Program-made: the position numbers and the translations under genes
The notes under the pieces: generated by a model
Told to the model about the DNA's origin: nothing
The model's database searches: none
Seen by the model: only the letters and a program-made list of their open reading frames with translations
Source: Phoronis australis
Lineage: Eukaryota > Animalia > Phoronida
Assembly: GCA_002633005.1 (NCBI GenBank)
Contig: NMRA01000403.1
Location: 186,603-250,602 of the forward strand
Reading direction: 5' to 3'
DNA length: 64,000 nt
In this document: piece by piece, positions 48,547 through 61,835 of the stretch
Numbering within the stretch: the first letter of the stretch is position 1
Layout of the letters: every line of letters starts with the position of its first letter

Positions 48547-49652
48547 TTTGAGTCGACCATAGGGAGCTGTCAACCTAATCCTTATATATGTTAAGTTATT
48601 TTATTGCAATCAGGTTGTGTATTACCATGTTTATGTACAGTTTTAGGCGTGTATATCCAGTAAACAATTTAGTTTTTGTCATACCTCAGGGCCGAGAAGC
48701 GTGGTCCATGCCCCAGAACACTGCTTACAAATATCTGAATAAGTGTACATGTACATGTTGCTTACGTGAGTTTTACTGGCGGATTTAAAGTAAATGATCC
48801 TATAAGATGCCAGATGTGGTAAAACTAACTAGCGCGTTGATAAGTTTGAATGCCTAAGAACAAAACTTCAGACTGAAAAGACAAGATATGATTTCCTGAC
48901 ACATTCATGGAGCCCGTTCTATGACCCTGACTTAAGTTCATTTTTACTTAAAGAGTTCCCACCATGTATTTTCTTGGTTTTTGAGGTTTCAGTGAGCTAA
49001 TATGACATGAATACCATCAAGTGTAACTGAAGCACTTTTTGTTCTAAATAGTCGTAATTTTTCTATCTCTGAAGATAAACTATTTATTTCCAAGTTTCTC
49101 GCCAAATGATGTAATGGGTGGAATACGTTTGGTCACTTGAGAATCAGTTGCAATGGCAGAAAACAGCAGATCAGAAGACTACAGGGTGTAGGACGATTTT
49201 CAGCGAGAACTGGACAATTATTATGAAGACAGGGAAGTGATCGGATATGGGCGTCACACAAACAAACAATCAATTCGATTTTGCACTTAACGAACTTTCG
49301 AGGGGTTTTAGGTCGTAAGAACTCGGCCCACATGCGCGAGAAATGCTGAAGACAAATGTTAGCTACAAAAAACTGAACCAAGGGGTGATCAATATTCACA
49401 AAATAGACTCTTAACAATCACAAGGCTGCAGTAAACCTGGGTCACTAGTATTCACTATTGCTATGATGGAATGAGCACGGTCTATACAATGCATGCGCCA
49501 ACCCTACGTGTCGTAGCACTCGATATGGGCCGTGGTCGAGGGACTGGTATCACTCGCTCTATAATGGAAGCAGTTTGCTCGTTATTTATAAAATTTGAAA
49601 ATACACTTACAAGGTGGTGAATCGTTCGTCGTTTGATCGAAACACAATTGNG

Positions 49653-49772
<120 letters not shown>

Positions 49773-52583
49773 TAACACTTCGAACGAAATAACATGCGCC
49801 AACCCTACGTGTCGTAGCACTCGATATGGGCCGTGGTCGAGGGACTGGTATCACTCGCTCTATAATGGAAGCAGTTTGCTCGTTATTTATAAAATTTGAA
49901 AATACACTTACAAGGTGGTGAATCGTTCGTCGTTTGATCGAAACACAATTGCTTGAAATCTGCCGAACAAAGTGGGGCTCCAGACTGAAAGGCATGTTCC
50001 AGCCTGACATTCTACACTCTCATGCATCGCACAAACCGATGTCATTTCTGTGCAACTTTCACGTATTTAGGAAATTTGAACCCAGAGACGTTCTCAGTCA
50101 AGTTACAGTTACTACAGCCTCCACAAACGCTCGCCGCGGACTTTCCTAACAACTCCTCAGTAAAAAAAAACTACGGCAGAGACGGTCTTCCACCCATTAC
50201 GTACAGGTGTACAACCCCTATACGAAATTATCTTAGCAGCAGGCATACTAAAGGCTATTAAATCACTTAAGATGTTTTGATGAAATTCTTTATTAGATGC
50301 AGGGTCATGGTAGGAACTCTTTATGTCTAAGATTTGTCTAAACTTCCAAACTTTAAAACTTTCACATCCGCTAAGTTAGGCAAAATTAAGATAAAAATTA
50401 ACTCAAAATTTAAATCGACATTAAAATCTCTTCCTTGAGACAAATTTTAAGTTTTATTTTAAATTGACTGCAATGAAGGATAGGCCGTTTTCTTGGAACG
50501 TGTCCATGACCTGTATATATGATAATAGAACTCACATGTCCATGCACACAGTGTCCATACTGGGGTGAAATGTAGCTGCCTTAACACGGGGCACCAACCT
50601 CGGTTAATAACACACCCACATATAAACACGTGCATTTTAACATTTGCATATTTCTACTCTATATGTGTATAACATGTAATTACTTTTGATCGTTATCGCC
50701 AAGATAATGTATAGAAGTATCGTACATTTTTGTATGGGAATTTATATCAATTTATTTTTATATCATATGATATCTGTTCTCGGCGTATTTCTATATACAT
50801 GTATGTATATTTAAATGTTTATGCAAATATATGTTAATAAAACAAATCATCTCAAAGTTACACGTAATATGTTGTGAACGAGTATACGGATTCACGTTAA
50901 CGTGCTCTCTCCCTAAGTTTAGTTGAAAAGGGCGCCATTGGTAGCCACTCGTGGAACTACATGTACATATACATGTACTTCCGCGACCACGATAGCATGC
51001 TCACAATCCGGTATTTCAGATCTTTTTCTCGCGTCACTCTGTTTTAATCACGAGCATTTTCTTGTAATGACTAATATATTTTTGTCTCAATGCGCGTTAT
51101 GAACACTTTGACAACAATGGAATTGAATGAACGCTGCTACTATGGGCGAAGACTCTTTCATGGAATAGGCCTCTTTGAAGCTTAGTAAACGTGAAAGCAG
51201 GGGACAGCACTACTGTGTATACGCAGTTACAAGTACCATAGGGGTGTAAGATTGTGTGCAGGGGGCAGGGATCAGTATTGTCTTGCACGTCCTTCGGTCA
51301 GCTTAGAGTGAGAGGTCGAGAGAGGATCTCCCACGAAATTAAAATAAGTTGTTTCGCGCCACCAGGAGGTGATTGTGGTTTTAAGAACATCTATTCACTA
51401 ATGTTTGTTTTGAGTTACGCTCCATGCTAACAAGAAAACATTATTTTAATATTAAAACGAGACAATCCATAACTTGGCGAAAGTTTGCAAGTAAGGCTTA
51501 CATGTACATAGAAATAAAAACTGTGGTTTGGTACAGCAAAACCGCAAAGTGTTCGCATTTGGGTTATACACTGTACATGTACATATGTACATGTATATGG
51601 CCACGAAGATGCAATTATTGTTTTCCTTAGTATCCACGCAATGTCGTTGAGAAAGTTCGAGAATTTCTGTGGGGAAGATTATCGAAGCGTTAACTGATTT
51701 GTTGTACATTTTAATAAGGCTAGTCACTAGCTAGCAACACCATAAGATCTTCAACACACCATACATACAGTGTACATATATTCAGTAGTGGTGGACCTGT
51801 GGGGGGTTCAGGGGGTTTAACCCAACCCCCTTTGGGACAAAACCAAAAAAATGAAAATTAAAACAAAAACTTCATCGTTACCTTAATAAAACAAGGCACA
51901 GTTTTTATTGATGTGTTAGTTTCGCTATCAAATAACGATTGCGCAATAATTTGAATTTGTTTGTTCACAATTGTTTCTAAGTGTTTCAGTCGTGTTTTCT
52001 CTAAAACCGCATTTTATTTACGAATTGTTTCTTTACACAGCTCTCCAGGAAGTCACAAGGTGGCGCTTGCTACAAATTTAAATATTCACCATTTCAATGA
52101 GATACAGCAGATTCAATTGGACCTCTGGTGCCGTTTGATACATTCTTCAGTACCGGATGTAGTTGTGTGATATACATTGTAGATAGACCATGACATACAT
52201 GAAAACTGCAATGCAGAACTTTCCCATGGTAGTACAGTATGTAAAAAAAATTCATTTCTTAAGAAAGTAAAAATTAGTGATCCTGATACTTACATGTACA
52301 GTGAGTGTGGCTAAAATTTCTATTTCCATTACGAACAAAAATATTAGAACCACTTCCAAGGCATGAAAACGTTAATGGAGTTTACTGTGAATTTGATAAT
52401 GATGCATTCTTTGTGACTGGAGTTCAATGGAAACTGAAATAAAACTTCCATCTGGATAAGGAACATTTAGAGGCCGATATTTCCATCATGGATGGGTGAA
52501 ACACGGCTTTACCTTCCACACCCCGGCAAACCCGCGATCGAGAACGCCCGGAAGGCGATCGAGAACGAGACCTTGCACCAAAA

Positions 52584-53619
52584 ATGGCAGACGGTGAGTT
52601 TAAGTGTCGTTTTCTGCTTAAATAGAGGCGACTTTGGTACGAATGCTACACACAGGAAAGCGTCAGAGTGTAACCTTGTTGTGGATCTGAAATAATACAT
52701 GGCTTTTGCTTATTTTTCAAAATAAAGAGCTCAGAAAGCAATGGCTTTCGGTAAAATGCCTTGCTCATCGTAAAATCGACAATTTCTACTTGTTATTAGC
52801 AACTCCAAGGTTCTTAACAAGAGACGTGTGACGTTTATAGTTCAATCGTCCCTGATGGCACCTTTGTTAGTTATGATTTGTCAAACAATTTGAGATGTAC
52901 CAATACAAGCAGGTCCTTGTGTGAGACGGCGATCGGGAACGAAGTCGTTAATTCTCTATGGATATCGTGAACGCTAAAAAGCGATCGTGAACGCACATTT
53001 TTTTTCTCCGCATTGGCCTGAATAGTCCTTCAAGTTACGGTATTATGTCAATAATTTTATAATACTACGGAGCCTGAATTAGTTGATGGGTTGATTATTA
53101 TTTACATTTCATCGTTTTTTTCATGATTTCAAAGTGAGATTTAGCCAAACAAACATGACTGCATGCGTTTTGATTTTTTCAGTTGAATTGTAGCCACACC
53201 AGATGTCCTTCAGGGTGTTAACGTCCACGCCTTCAAAAAGAGTAGTACAACTGCTGCATGTCACAAAAAGTGTGTGTATGCTGTGGAGCCTTGTTCAGAA
53301 ACTGAGAAATCGACTTAGTATGACCACATGACAATAAAACACAGTGACACTACTACAAGCAAGACCTTTACCAGCCCTGTGATTGACGCGTTGCATTCTC
53401 AAGAGCTGTTTCAGCAATATAGTAAAACACAACATGAAGCATCGTGCTCAGGAACCAAGTCGACTCAGTGTCCTATTTGTGACCAATGTTTCACGGAATG
53501 AGTGAGCCTGATGCAACACTGCGTCACAGCACGAGGGCACTCTTTTTTGTGGTGAATGTGGCATGTCATGCAAACAGTATGCCTCCTTCTACAGGCATAG
53601 CAAGCAGAAACGTCATTAA
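52584..53619 (+). pseudogene. Decayed C2H2 zinc-finger gene inside the element
   Basis: Exon 1 is ATGGCAGACG|GTGAGT just inside the left TIR. Exon 2 from 53183 gives CVCCGALF...DHMTIKH, CPICDQCF...LMQHC..QH and CGECGMSCKQYASFYRHSKQKRH*, with stops and frameshifts. Confidence 0.65.
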
Positions 53620-54329
53620 TGAAATCATTAAGTCCGGTAGTGAAGGGTGTTAAGTCATTATAGTTTATTCAGATTTACAGAGTTTATGGTTGGTAGTTGT
53701 CTGATGTTATAGTATTTTGACGTTTTGTTTTGATCCTTTTTTCCTCAAGTTTCTTTCTATATTTGTGTTATTTCAAAAGGATCTTTAACAGAACCAGTAC
53801 ATTTTTGTAGTGTTGAGGTTGATTTAAATGGCCATACTAAGTGCCATTGGGCAATACTTACATACAATTGTTCTGACCAGTTAGTATTTTAAAAGAAAAT
53901 ATTTGTCTATGATTATTGTAGAAATTGCTTTGATATTGTTGTTGATTTCCTAGTGAGAGACTATTATACGGCTATAAATACATTGTCTAAGATTCAGTAA
54001 TGATTTAGTTTAATAGATTCCAAAAGTAATTCGTGGAAATGTTCAATGGATTTGTAATGTTGATTTCCCTAAAGCAATATTTTATATATTTTTGTAAGAC
54101 CAAGTTTGAGATATGTGTGATAAAACATTAATATTATAATAGAAATGTTATAATATTGTTGTTGATTTCCTGTGTAAATCACTACAGTGTGTAGTTGAGG
54201 TGATGTTAATGACAACATGTTGACTACATTTTGAGAAAATCACAACATAGTACGTGTATTATAACCCTCAATTTTTTTAATGTCACATTAAGCTGGAGAT
54301 CATGAACTGATGGTGCAGGTGAACTTAGG

Positions 54330-55245
54330 ACCAAGGCAACAAAACAGAAGAGTCAAGCACAATGAACATTCAAGCCACACGGGTGCCACAAATCAATCTG
54401 TATCAATGTTATTAGTAAAACATCAAGTAAAATCCCACAGGTTTTATCAGCGCACCAGTTTCCACAACTTCTGGCCAATTTTTAGATCCCAGACGTTTAT
54501 GAGTGAGAATCTTTGAATCATCTCGTTAAGTGTTGCCGGCTACACTCTCCTCCAGTCTCTCCCCATGGGCAAGTCCACCATCATTCTTTGACTTCACTGG
54601 CTATTTGTTTCTTTTTCCTTTTGCTGTCACAATTCTAGAACAAGATTCTACACTCGCTTTTATCTGCTGCTACAATTTGTTTACCCCTGTCTGACAGGCC
54701 ACGTGGAACAACTGCTGGGCGAGTCTTCAGTTTAGAACCCCTTGTTCTCAGTGGTTTCGTCTAAAAGTAGATGTCTGTTTTTAAAAACCCTGGTAGGGTG
54801 TTCCTTCACGTCGTGGGTAACATGTTCGTTGAAGCTCGCCTCACAATAACAGTGAACTTGTTTCCTGCAATGAAAATAAATTATTTTGTGAAACTAAAAT
54901 TATGCTTGATGTACATGTAGTGCTCATGGCAATTTAATGGAAATGTTATGCTGTTGTTCAGTTTTGATACGAAAATAACACAGTAATGACGCAAAATGTG
55001 ATTAATTCATTGCATCACACTTATTTTGTAACCTTGTTCACGTTTTAAAGTTCATCACTATTCGACACACCACGGTGCGTTCCCGATCGCATAAACCAAC
55101 ACGAATTAGCGTTCCCGGTCACTTATCGTTGCGTTCTCGAAAGCATCTTTCCACAGAAAAGCGTCGAAAAATCAGAGATCCTGACAAAACTACAAAAAAC
55201 AAGCACTGCGTTGAATATTCACACGTCATTTCTTCATAACTCCAT
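54330..55245 (-). pseudogene. Relic of a RAG1/Chapaev-like N-terminal region (Cys-rich domain + RING start); transposase core absent
   Basis: Degenerate motifs in order: STQCL..F(C)RIS (~55175), F.EHV.HDVKEHPTRV (54835-54785; cf. RAG1 DV..IHPT.FC) and GF...F....D(L)ICG...WL (54440-54365). An acceptor lies at 54865. Frames are broken. Confidence 0.45.
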
Positions 55246-55738
55246 GGTCAGTTGATTGATAAAAATAACGGTAATTTGCCAAAATGACATACAAATCAAA
55301 TTCGGCTTATGCATTGCTTCGGCCAACGTAACTTTTCTCCTATAATTGGAACAGACTTTAGCCTAAACCTCTACCTGCCCTTCCTCAATGTGTTACGCTT
55401 TGAACTCATGTCTCTGTTTTCACATTGGAAGTGAAAACAACGAAAATTCATCAAATTTACTGACCTTGCCTGGCTTCGCTTCTTGCGCCAAATTTCGTTC
55501 TCGATCGCCTTCCGGTCGTTCTCGATCGCAAGTTGGCCGGGGTGTTCCATGCACATTCGAGTATTGTTGTTTTCGTTCCTCAGTTGCATTACACTCAATG
55601 TGTGAACATCATGTTTGCAATAAAACGCACAGTGGGCAGTTACATATACATGCACAGGTACAGCTTAAATGACATTCCCGCTTGCTACGTGATCTCGTCG
55701 GTGGTAACTGTGGGTCAAGAATTCGCTAAATACAGTAT

Positions 55739-55822
55739 ATGAGCAAGTTGTATCTTATGTGTGTGTGTCTATACAGTGTATGAGCAAATTGTATCTTATT
55801 TGTGTGTGTGTGTGTGTGTGTC
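55739..55822. repeat. (TG)n microsatellite within a short tandem duplication
   Basis: ATGAGCAA(G/A)TTGTATCTTAT + (TG)n occurs twice. Confidence 0.75.
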
Positions 55823-56544
55823 TAAAACGGAATCATATCAAAAACTCCATCAAAGGTCGTAAGTAGATCTTTATTTACGTGTACTTGTCATCAATTTTGA
55901 TAGTAGATCGTACCGTACGTTTTCTTTACGCACAAAGTGAGCGGGGGAAGTGAGTATTATTTTCTTTTATCTAAAACTGACGAATTCTCCCCCAACTCCT
56001 CGGCAGCGCATGCCTCTGTCGCAGCAGTAGCTGGTTTTTCCAATCCTCCATGTTGATTTCATGCAGAGCATTCTAGACTAGCGCGGTTTTCAATCGCAGA
56101 ATAGCAATAGATAGTTAGCGTTCAGCGGTACACAGCATCACACAGTTACACTGTTGCACAAACTGCCTCCATTATAAGAGTACCTATGGAAGGCTTTGCT
56201 AATGCAACAATTGACTTTCTCCAAACGGGAAAAAACTTGCATGCACGCATGCAATAAGAACAGCCTGGGGTGTTTCTGTAGCCATCAGATTTGTTTAAAG
56301 GCTACGCAATTACCCGAGGTGCTCCGGACGACGTGCACTTTATAAGTCGTGCTAACGCGTAACATTGTAAAAGACGAGCAAAGTTTCGGTCGTAATAACG
56401 CTGGTAATTAGGGGCGACACTTACCTCCCAACAGATCACGCTAGTAAACGAGGTTAAACAGGAAGTAAATTTGCCGGGAATGAATAATATATCCTGCGTC
56501 TTTAGTTGTAATAATGCAGGTGACTGTTTGTTTTTCTTTCCAGT

Positions 56545-59500
56545 ATGATGTCATTCCTGGTGTACTTTACAGTGCTGTTGCTTATCACCACCGCCTCGAG
56601 TGAAGAGGAAAACAGTTAGCAAATCGTTCATCGATAATGAAAAATATTTTTCGTGCTAGGAATTCAGTACGACTCATTGTCCCGGGGCTGCTCAGTGGTA
56701 CTCCATCCAAACGTCTCAATTCAGTCTGGGGACTTAGCGTAAATAGAGACTCATACGACTAGTCTTGTACTCCTTTGGGCTAGGTAGGTCGGGAGATTAA
56801 ACTATTTCACTTTCTATTTTTCAGTGTCGGGATGCACTTTTTGTTGACTTAGATGGCCTGAGTTAATACCAAAATAATGAACCCCAAAATGTTTCTCAGA
56901 GTCTGCTCGTAATTGTATTTGCTATACAAAACGTTAGAGTGTTAATTTTACAAGATTTTTATTGACTTAGTTAATAAGCATCTCAGATCTTGTCTAGGTG
57001 GACATGTGCAGTACTTGTGCACTCATGATCTGTATAATTAGGGTATTCACTGCATATTGTGACGTTTTTTTGAGAGAATGTCGCAGAGCGTGCACGAATT
57101 GGAACGGAAATAACTATGCCGGATTCGTGAACACCGACTACATGAACTTCACGTGCCGTCACTGGGCTGAACTTGACCCCGCGGTGACTGTTCTTGGGAC
57201 AGACGACGCCGATTTCCCCTGCGACAACTACTCCAGAGTATCCGCCAAGAACTACTGTAGAGCCATCAAGTCGGATATACCTTGGTGCTACACCGAGTTT
57301 GGATACATGCGCCGTTCATTTTGTTTCGTACCCAGGTGTGGTAGGTAAAACGATGTGTTAGTGAAGCCATACCATGTTTGTTTTAATTTACACGTACGTT
57401 TTAGGGAATTACATGTACCCTCTTTGTTTACACGACGGGATGGTTAGCACACCTAATAACGCACCGTAATACCATGCACTGAATGAAGGTTATGGATTCC
57501 TTCAGTGTAAATTCATTCATTCCAGTATAAAGTTTGTCATTTTGTTTATTTTCATATATACTACAATTATTGTAAAAGGCAAAAGTAATCAGGCAAAATA
57601 CATGTACCGTTTCCCCGTCACGACGGCTAATTTGGTTAACTGCATGTCACTAATACAGTATCAACTACTGTAATTTGGTCAATCTAGAATGCTTTAACCA
57701 CATCCCTGTTACTGCCTTTTCAATCTGAGTCACGAGGCAATTATCTGACGATGAATGTGACTTTTACTTAGGCGTCCGGTCGTCAGGGGAAATTTTGGCG
57801 TTTCATTAAGCGAAAAATAATAGCTGACCACTATTATAAACTGTCAGAAAGCACAAGACTCGATTTTGTGTTCGTCGCAAAAAATTCAGACATACGACCA
57901 CTGCCACTGTTTGAAACGTGATGCCCCTATAAGGTAATACTTGTATTACATAAACGTGATGCCCCTATAAGGTAATACTTGTATTACATAAACATCGCTC
58001 AGTTACCTTATGTGCTAATGCAAAGGAAAGAACTAAAACTACCTGCTACTGCCCAACTTCGCGCTATATATTGGCGAGAGATTGTGGTTCTCTATGTATA
58101 GTTAATATGTTTGTGGAATGTCACATTAACGTTTCAATGGCCTATGTCCAGTCTTGTTGCCTTTCACACGGAAAAAGTTTAGTGGACTGAGTGAAACGAC
58201 TATACATTTTAGAACCTCCTCCGCTTTGTTTCCTGACATGTGCATCTGGGCCGTCATATAGTGGCAGATGGTCAGTCACAAGAAGTGGTCAGAGGTGTAA
58301 ATCGTGGAGTTCACAAATGTATCCTTCGAAATGCATTGGAACCGTGGACAGCAACTTCCCATGTGATGGTTCCCTACGTCATGCAAGAAACTTCTGCCGC
58401 GCCCCTGACGGCGATCCGAGAGGACCCTGGTGTTACACTGCAGAGAACAGCACCGCATGGGATTACTGTGATATTCCTCAGTGTGGTAACTAACCACAAA
58501 TTGCTTATAATTTATTTTAATTGAGAATCAGGGATGCATTTAAGAAAGGTCTCCTTTGTTTTGGCCAAAAGATGAGTACGACAATTAAAATCAGAGCATA
58601 TGTAAACAACGACATCGTATTAATCGACGTTTTGGTTTATTGTCACTTTATTCTCAAGACAGATGTTCACACTATTCCGGTCAGTTAATACAGGTGGAAA
58701 AAATCTGCACAGGTACATGTACACGTTACCTGATTGGAATATTGTGAACATTTGTCTTGAGAATGGTCTGAAACGTCAATTAAGACAATGTCGTTGTTTA
58801 CATACTTTATGCACTGAATTTAAAGTTCATTTGAGCATGCCGAACGTCGATCTTTTTATAAATCTATAAATAGTTTCAAAGATTTTTGAAGTTTGGAGGC
58901 CCGGCCCCACCGCCGGCAAACTTGCCTCCCTGCTATAGGTCTTTTTGACCGTAAGTTACTCCCCCCGTGTTATTTGATTTACAATTCACACGATTCATGT
59001 ACGTCACGTGTTTCGTAGATCGCAACTGTGGAATTCGTTACGTTTATCCAAGACTGAGGATCATTGGCGGGAACGACGTCCAACAGGGGGAGATACCGTG
59101 GCAAGTGATGATTATGAAGAGAAGTCAGTTCGGCAACTGGCTCTTCGTTGTCTGTGGCGGAACCATCGTTGATGAATGGTGGATTGTCACAGCCGCACAT
59201 TGTTTTCTGTAAGTCACAATCTAACGTTAACAATGTTCAGCTGATGGGATTTTTCATAATTCATTGATGAGGTAAAGAACAAGCTTACCTTTTAATCATG
59301 AGACACGGACTGCGCAATTATAAAAAGACAGTGAGTCATTTACCATTCTCCGTACATGTACATGTATCGGCAGCATTTCGTTTGTTGACAAGGAAGCTCA
59401 CTAGAGTGTTCCGTTCCCTGATAAATGAAACTGGCTGATTAAATGTTTTGGAGTGGACTTGAACTTCCCTGAAGTGTGCTTAGACCATGACACCCTAAAG

Positions 59501-61077
59501 CAGAATAAGGAGGTTTAAGTGGTCGGACAATATACGTCACCATGGCATCACATGCAAATATAGTTTACTAACGCACACATACAGTTCTACAGCGGTGGTG
59601 CTCTATTCTAGAGGCCTTAAGCGCCATCGGGAGACTTTTTCGAGATGGCAAAGTAAGTTAGTGAAGCAAAACTTTCCTAATCTTTCAGGAAGGGAGGAAC
59701 CGAGGATTTTGTGATAAGAGTCGGTGCCTTGGACAACAGACGACCAGACGCGTATGAACAGTCTTTCTCCATAGACGTCCTCATCGTTCACGAACATTTT
59801 AAAGGTGGGCTTGTACATTTTTAAAGATATATTGAGCGCGTTACTTCGAATAGCTGGTGAAAATTCCAAAGTAATGTAAAATAACAACCTTTATGCGAGT
59901 TATTTTTCCAAGTCCAGAGTGTCTCTTCAGCTTGATTATGACAGCCATTTTAATAGCACCTGAATTAAACATTGTTGACCTTACGTTAAAGCTTCACAGC
60001 AGAAAAGAGTTCCTTCAATTTACATGTAATTGGCATAAATTCACCCTTTCACAACAAAGTTTTGAGGACACGTTCCGTTATCAAGTTGGTCTCAAAATTC
60101 CCTCAGTCAAATTGGAGGTGATTAAAGGACTTCGCAGAAAGAACAGGCAATTATTGTTAGAAACCAAGCTCTAAAGGTTGATTTGTCACGAAGTGTCATT
60201 TCATGCGAGGAACATGGTCTCGAGGACTAGCGAACTTTCAGTTCTTTCGAGAAAATCACCTTACATCTGATTGGAAAAGTTGAAAGCAATGTTACGGTCG
60301 TCTGAGTGATCGAAATCAAAAGTCAGCTTCTAGAACGAAATGCAGGTTTGTAGTCGCTTTGATGTGTTGTTATCAAAGTTAAAATAACATTGAGCCCTGT
60401 TTTGGTTATTTCAACCAACCGTTGTTCTTTCATCTGCTAATACATCATTGGCGTAAGACTTGAGTGATTAAAGCAAGACTGAAATAAAAACTCATGCTTC
60501 CTATGTCACGCGTTGGATATTATGGTTCTTCAGTTGATGGGCAGTCTTTCACCACAGTTGCACCGCTGTAACTCGCCTATCGTAGGTCACGCTTAATTGC
60601 CTGTTTAGTACATTTTGAAAGGCGTTTTCAAATTTTGCTCCAAACTTATGAGGGTTGTATATGGTAGCATAGCACTATTTCTATTCAAAGAACTGTATGG
60701 AGAAGTCGTTTTTAGTATCCGTTACTAGGCCAAAGCCCCATTTGGTACACTTTTAATAAACGCGAAGTTTATCTAATAATTAGCACCGGTGTTATCTGCT
60801 TTCATTTTCCTGACGGAAGCCTCTCTTTGAACATTTGTTTTTCCTACAGGAAACTGTTTTCAATTAACGTTCCTTGCACCCACTCTTCCGTCCATTGCAG
60901 GCGAGAGTAGTCTTGACAACGACATCGCTATGGTCAGGGTCAAATCGGTCAATGGCTTGGGCATCGTTTTTAGTCAAATTGTTCAGCCGGCCTGCCTAGC
61001 AACGCCGTCTGTCTTTGAAAACGTCCGCCGTAGGAGGCAGGGTTGCATTGTGTCTGGCTGGGGATTCGATTCTCGAG
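56545..61077 (+). CDS. Secreted two-kringle S1A serine protease (plasminogen/tPA-like architecture), 3' exons not found
   Basis: Phase-consistent exons: 56545-56614 (signal peptide MMSFLVYFTVLLLITTASS), 57077-57340 (kringle, NYCR/PWCY), 58213-58485 (kringle, RNFCR/PWCY), 59019-59208 (CG..RLR|IIGG, PWQV, TAAHC), 59689-59804 (VIRVG...IVHEHF) and 60901-61077 (DNDIA, PACL, SGWG). Confidence 0.9.
57914..57993. repeat. 38-39 bp tandem duplication in intron
   Basis: AAACGTGATGCCCC(C)TATAAGGTAATACTTGTATTACAT occurs twice. Confidence 0.8.
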
Positions 61078-61619
61078 GTAATATGACGTGGATTAAGACA
61101 ATCTGCTTTGTTGTAACCTATCACTTGTGCAATTATCAGGATCGCGTAATGCAAGTGGTTCGCTTGAAATTTAAAAGTAAAGATCTTGCGAGACTCCGCG
61201 AGATGTCGCCACGTAATTTTAATGAGAGCTCTTAATTTTGGCTAGATTTCTGTAGCGGCGAGGCAGTTATTGAACTCGCCGACCCGGTTTAGTCTATCTG
61301 TCAGCTCACTAACAACAGCCAAACAACATGTCTTGGAAATCGACGACATTTCGTGAGTCCGCTCACAAAAGTTCGGCAAAGTAACAAGAACTTATTTAAA
61401 GGGTATAAATATTTCCATCTTGAAACAACGCCCACGTTAAGGCTATAGGGTAGATTAGGTTTGAAGGAGAATACCACCCGATTTAATTGGTCTTTTTACT
61501 GTCTTAATCGGTCTATATCCTTTATCGGCGCCTCTTATACGGTCGACCTTACCTTGCCGAGAGGTCTCGCGTTACTATAAACTGTGAGGAAGGTGAGAAA
61601 CGACACAGCGACGTTAGTG

Positions 61620-61835
61620 GTTCGTCTGCAGAATGCGTGAATGCCGCTATATTGCGGTGCATCGTTCCCGCTTGCCCGAATTATGTTTTTTTGACTTGTT
61701 CGAGAGCCCAAAATGCTTAAGAAGTGGCTCGCAGTAGTGAAGAATGAAAAGTACGCTTTTAATATCAAGTACATGGGGCCGTGAGCTCCGAAGTGTCTTT
61801 GGCCGGCATTTTGTCGCCAGTGATTTCTCTGACGA
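61620..61835 (+). pseudogene. Possible degenerate THAP domain
   Basis: REPKMLKKWLAVVKN...GRHFVASDF resembles the THAP W and CxxHF..DF motifs. Frames are broken. Confidence 0.35.

Larger units (their letters stand above)
52519..55544. mobile_element. Complete non-autonomous Transib/RAG-type DNA transposon (CAC...GTG termini, 50-bp TIRs, 5-bp TSD)
   Basis: TIRs at 52519-52568 and 55495-55544 are 46/50 identical. TTCCA is duplicated at 52514-52518 and 55545-55549. Confidence 0.8.

Noticed and set aside
59593-59652. Extra protease exon between the His exon and 59689
   Set aside because: The 59593 acceptor gives an in-frame stop, and 59208 splices cleanly to 59689 without it.
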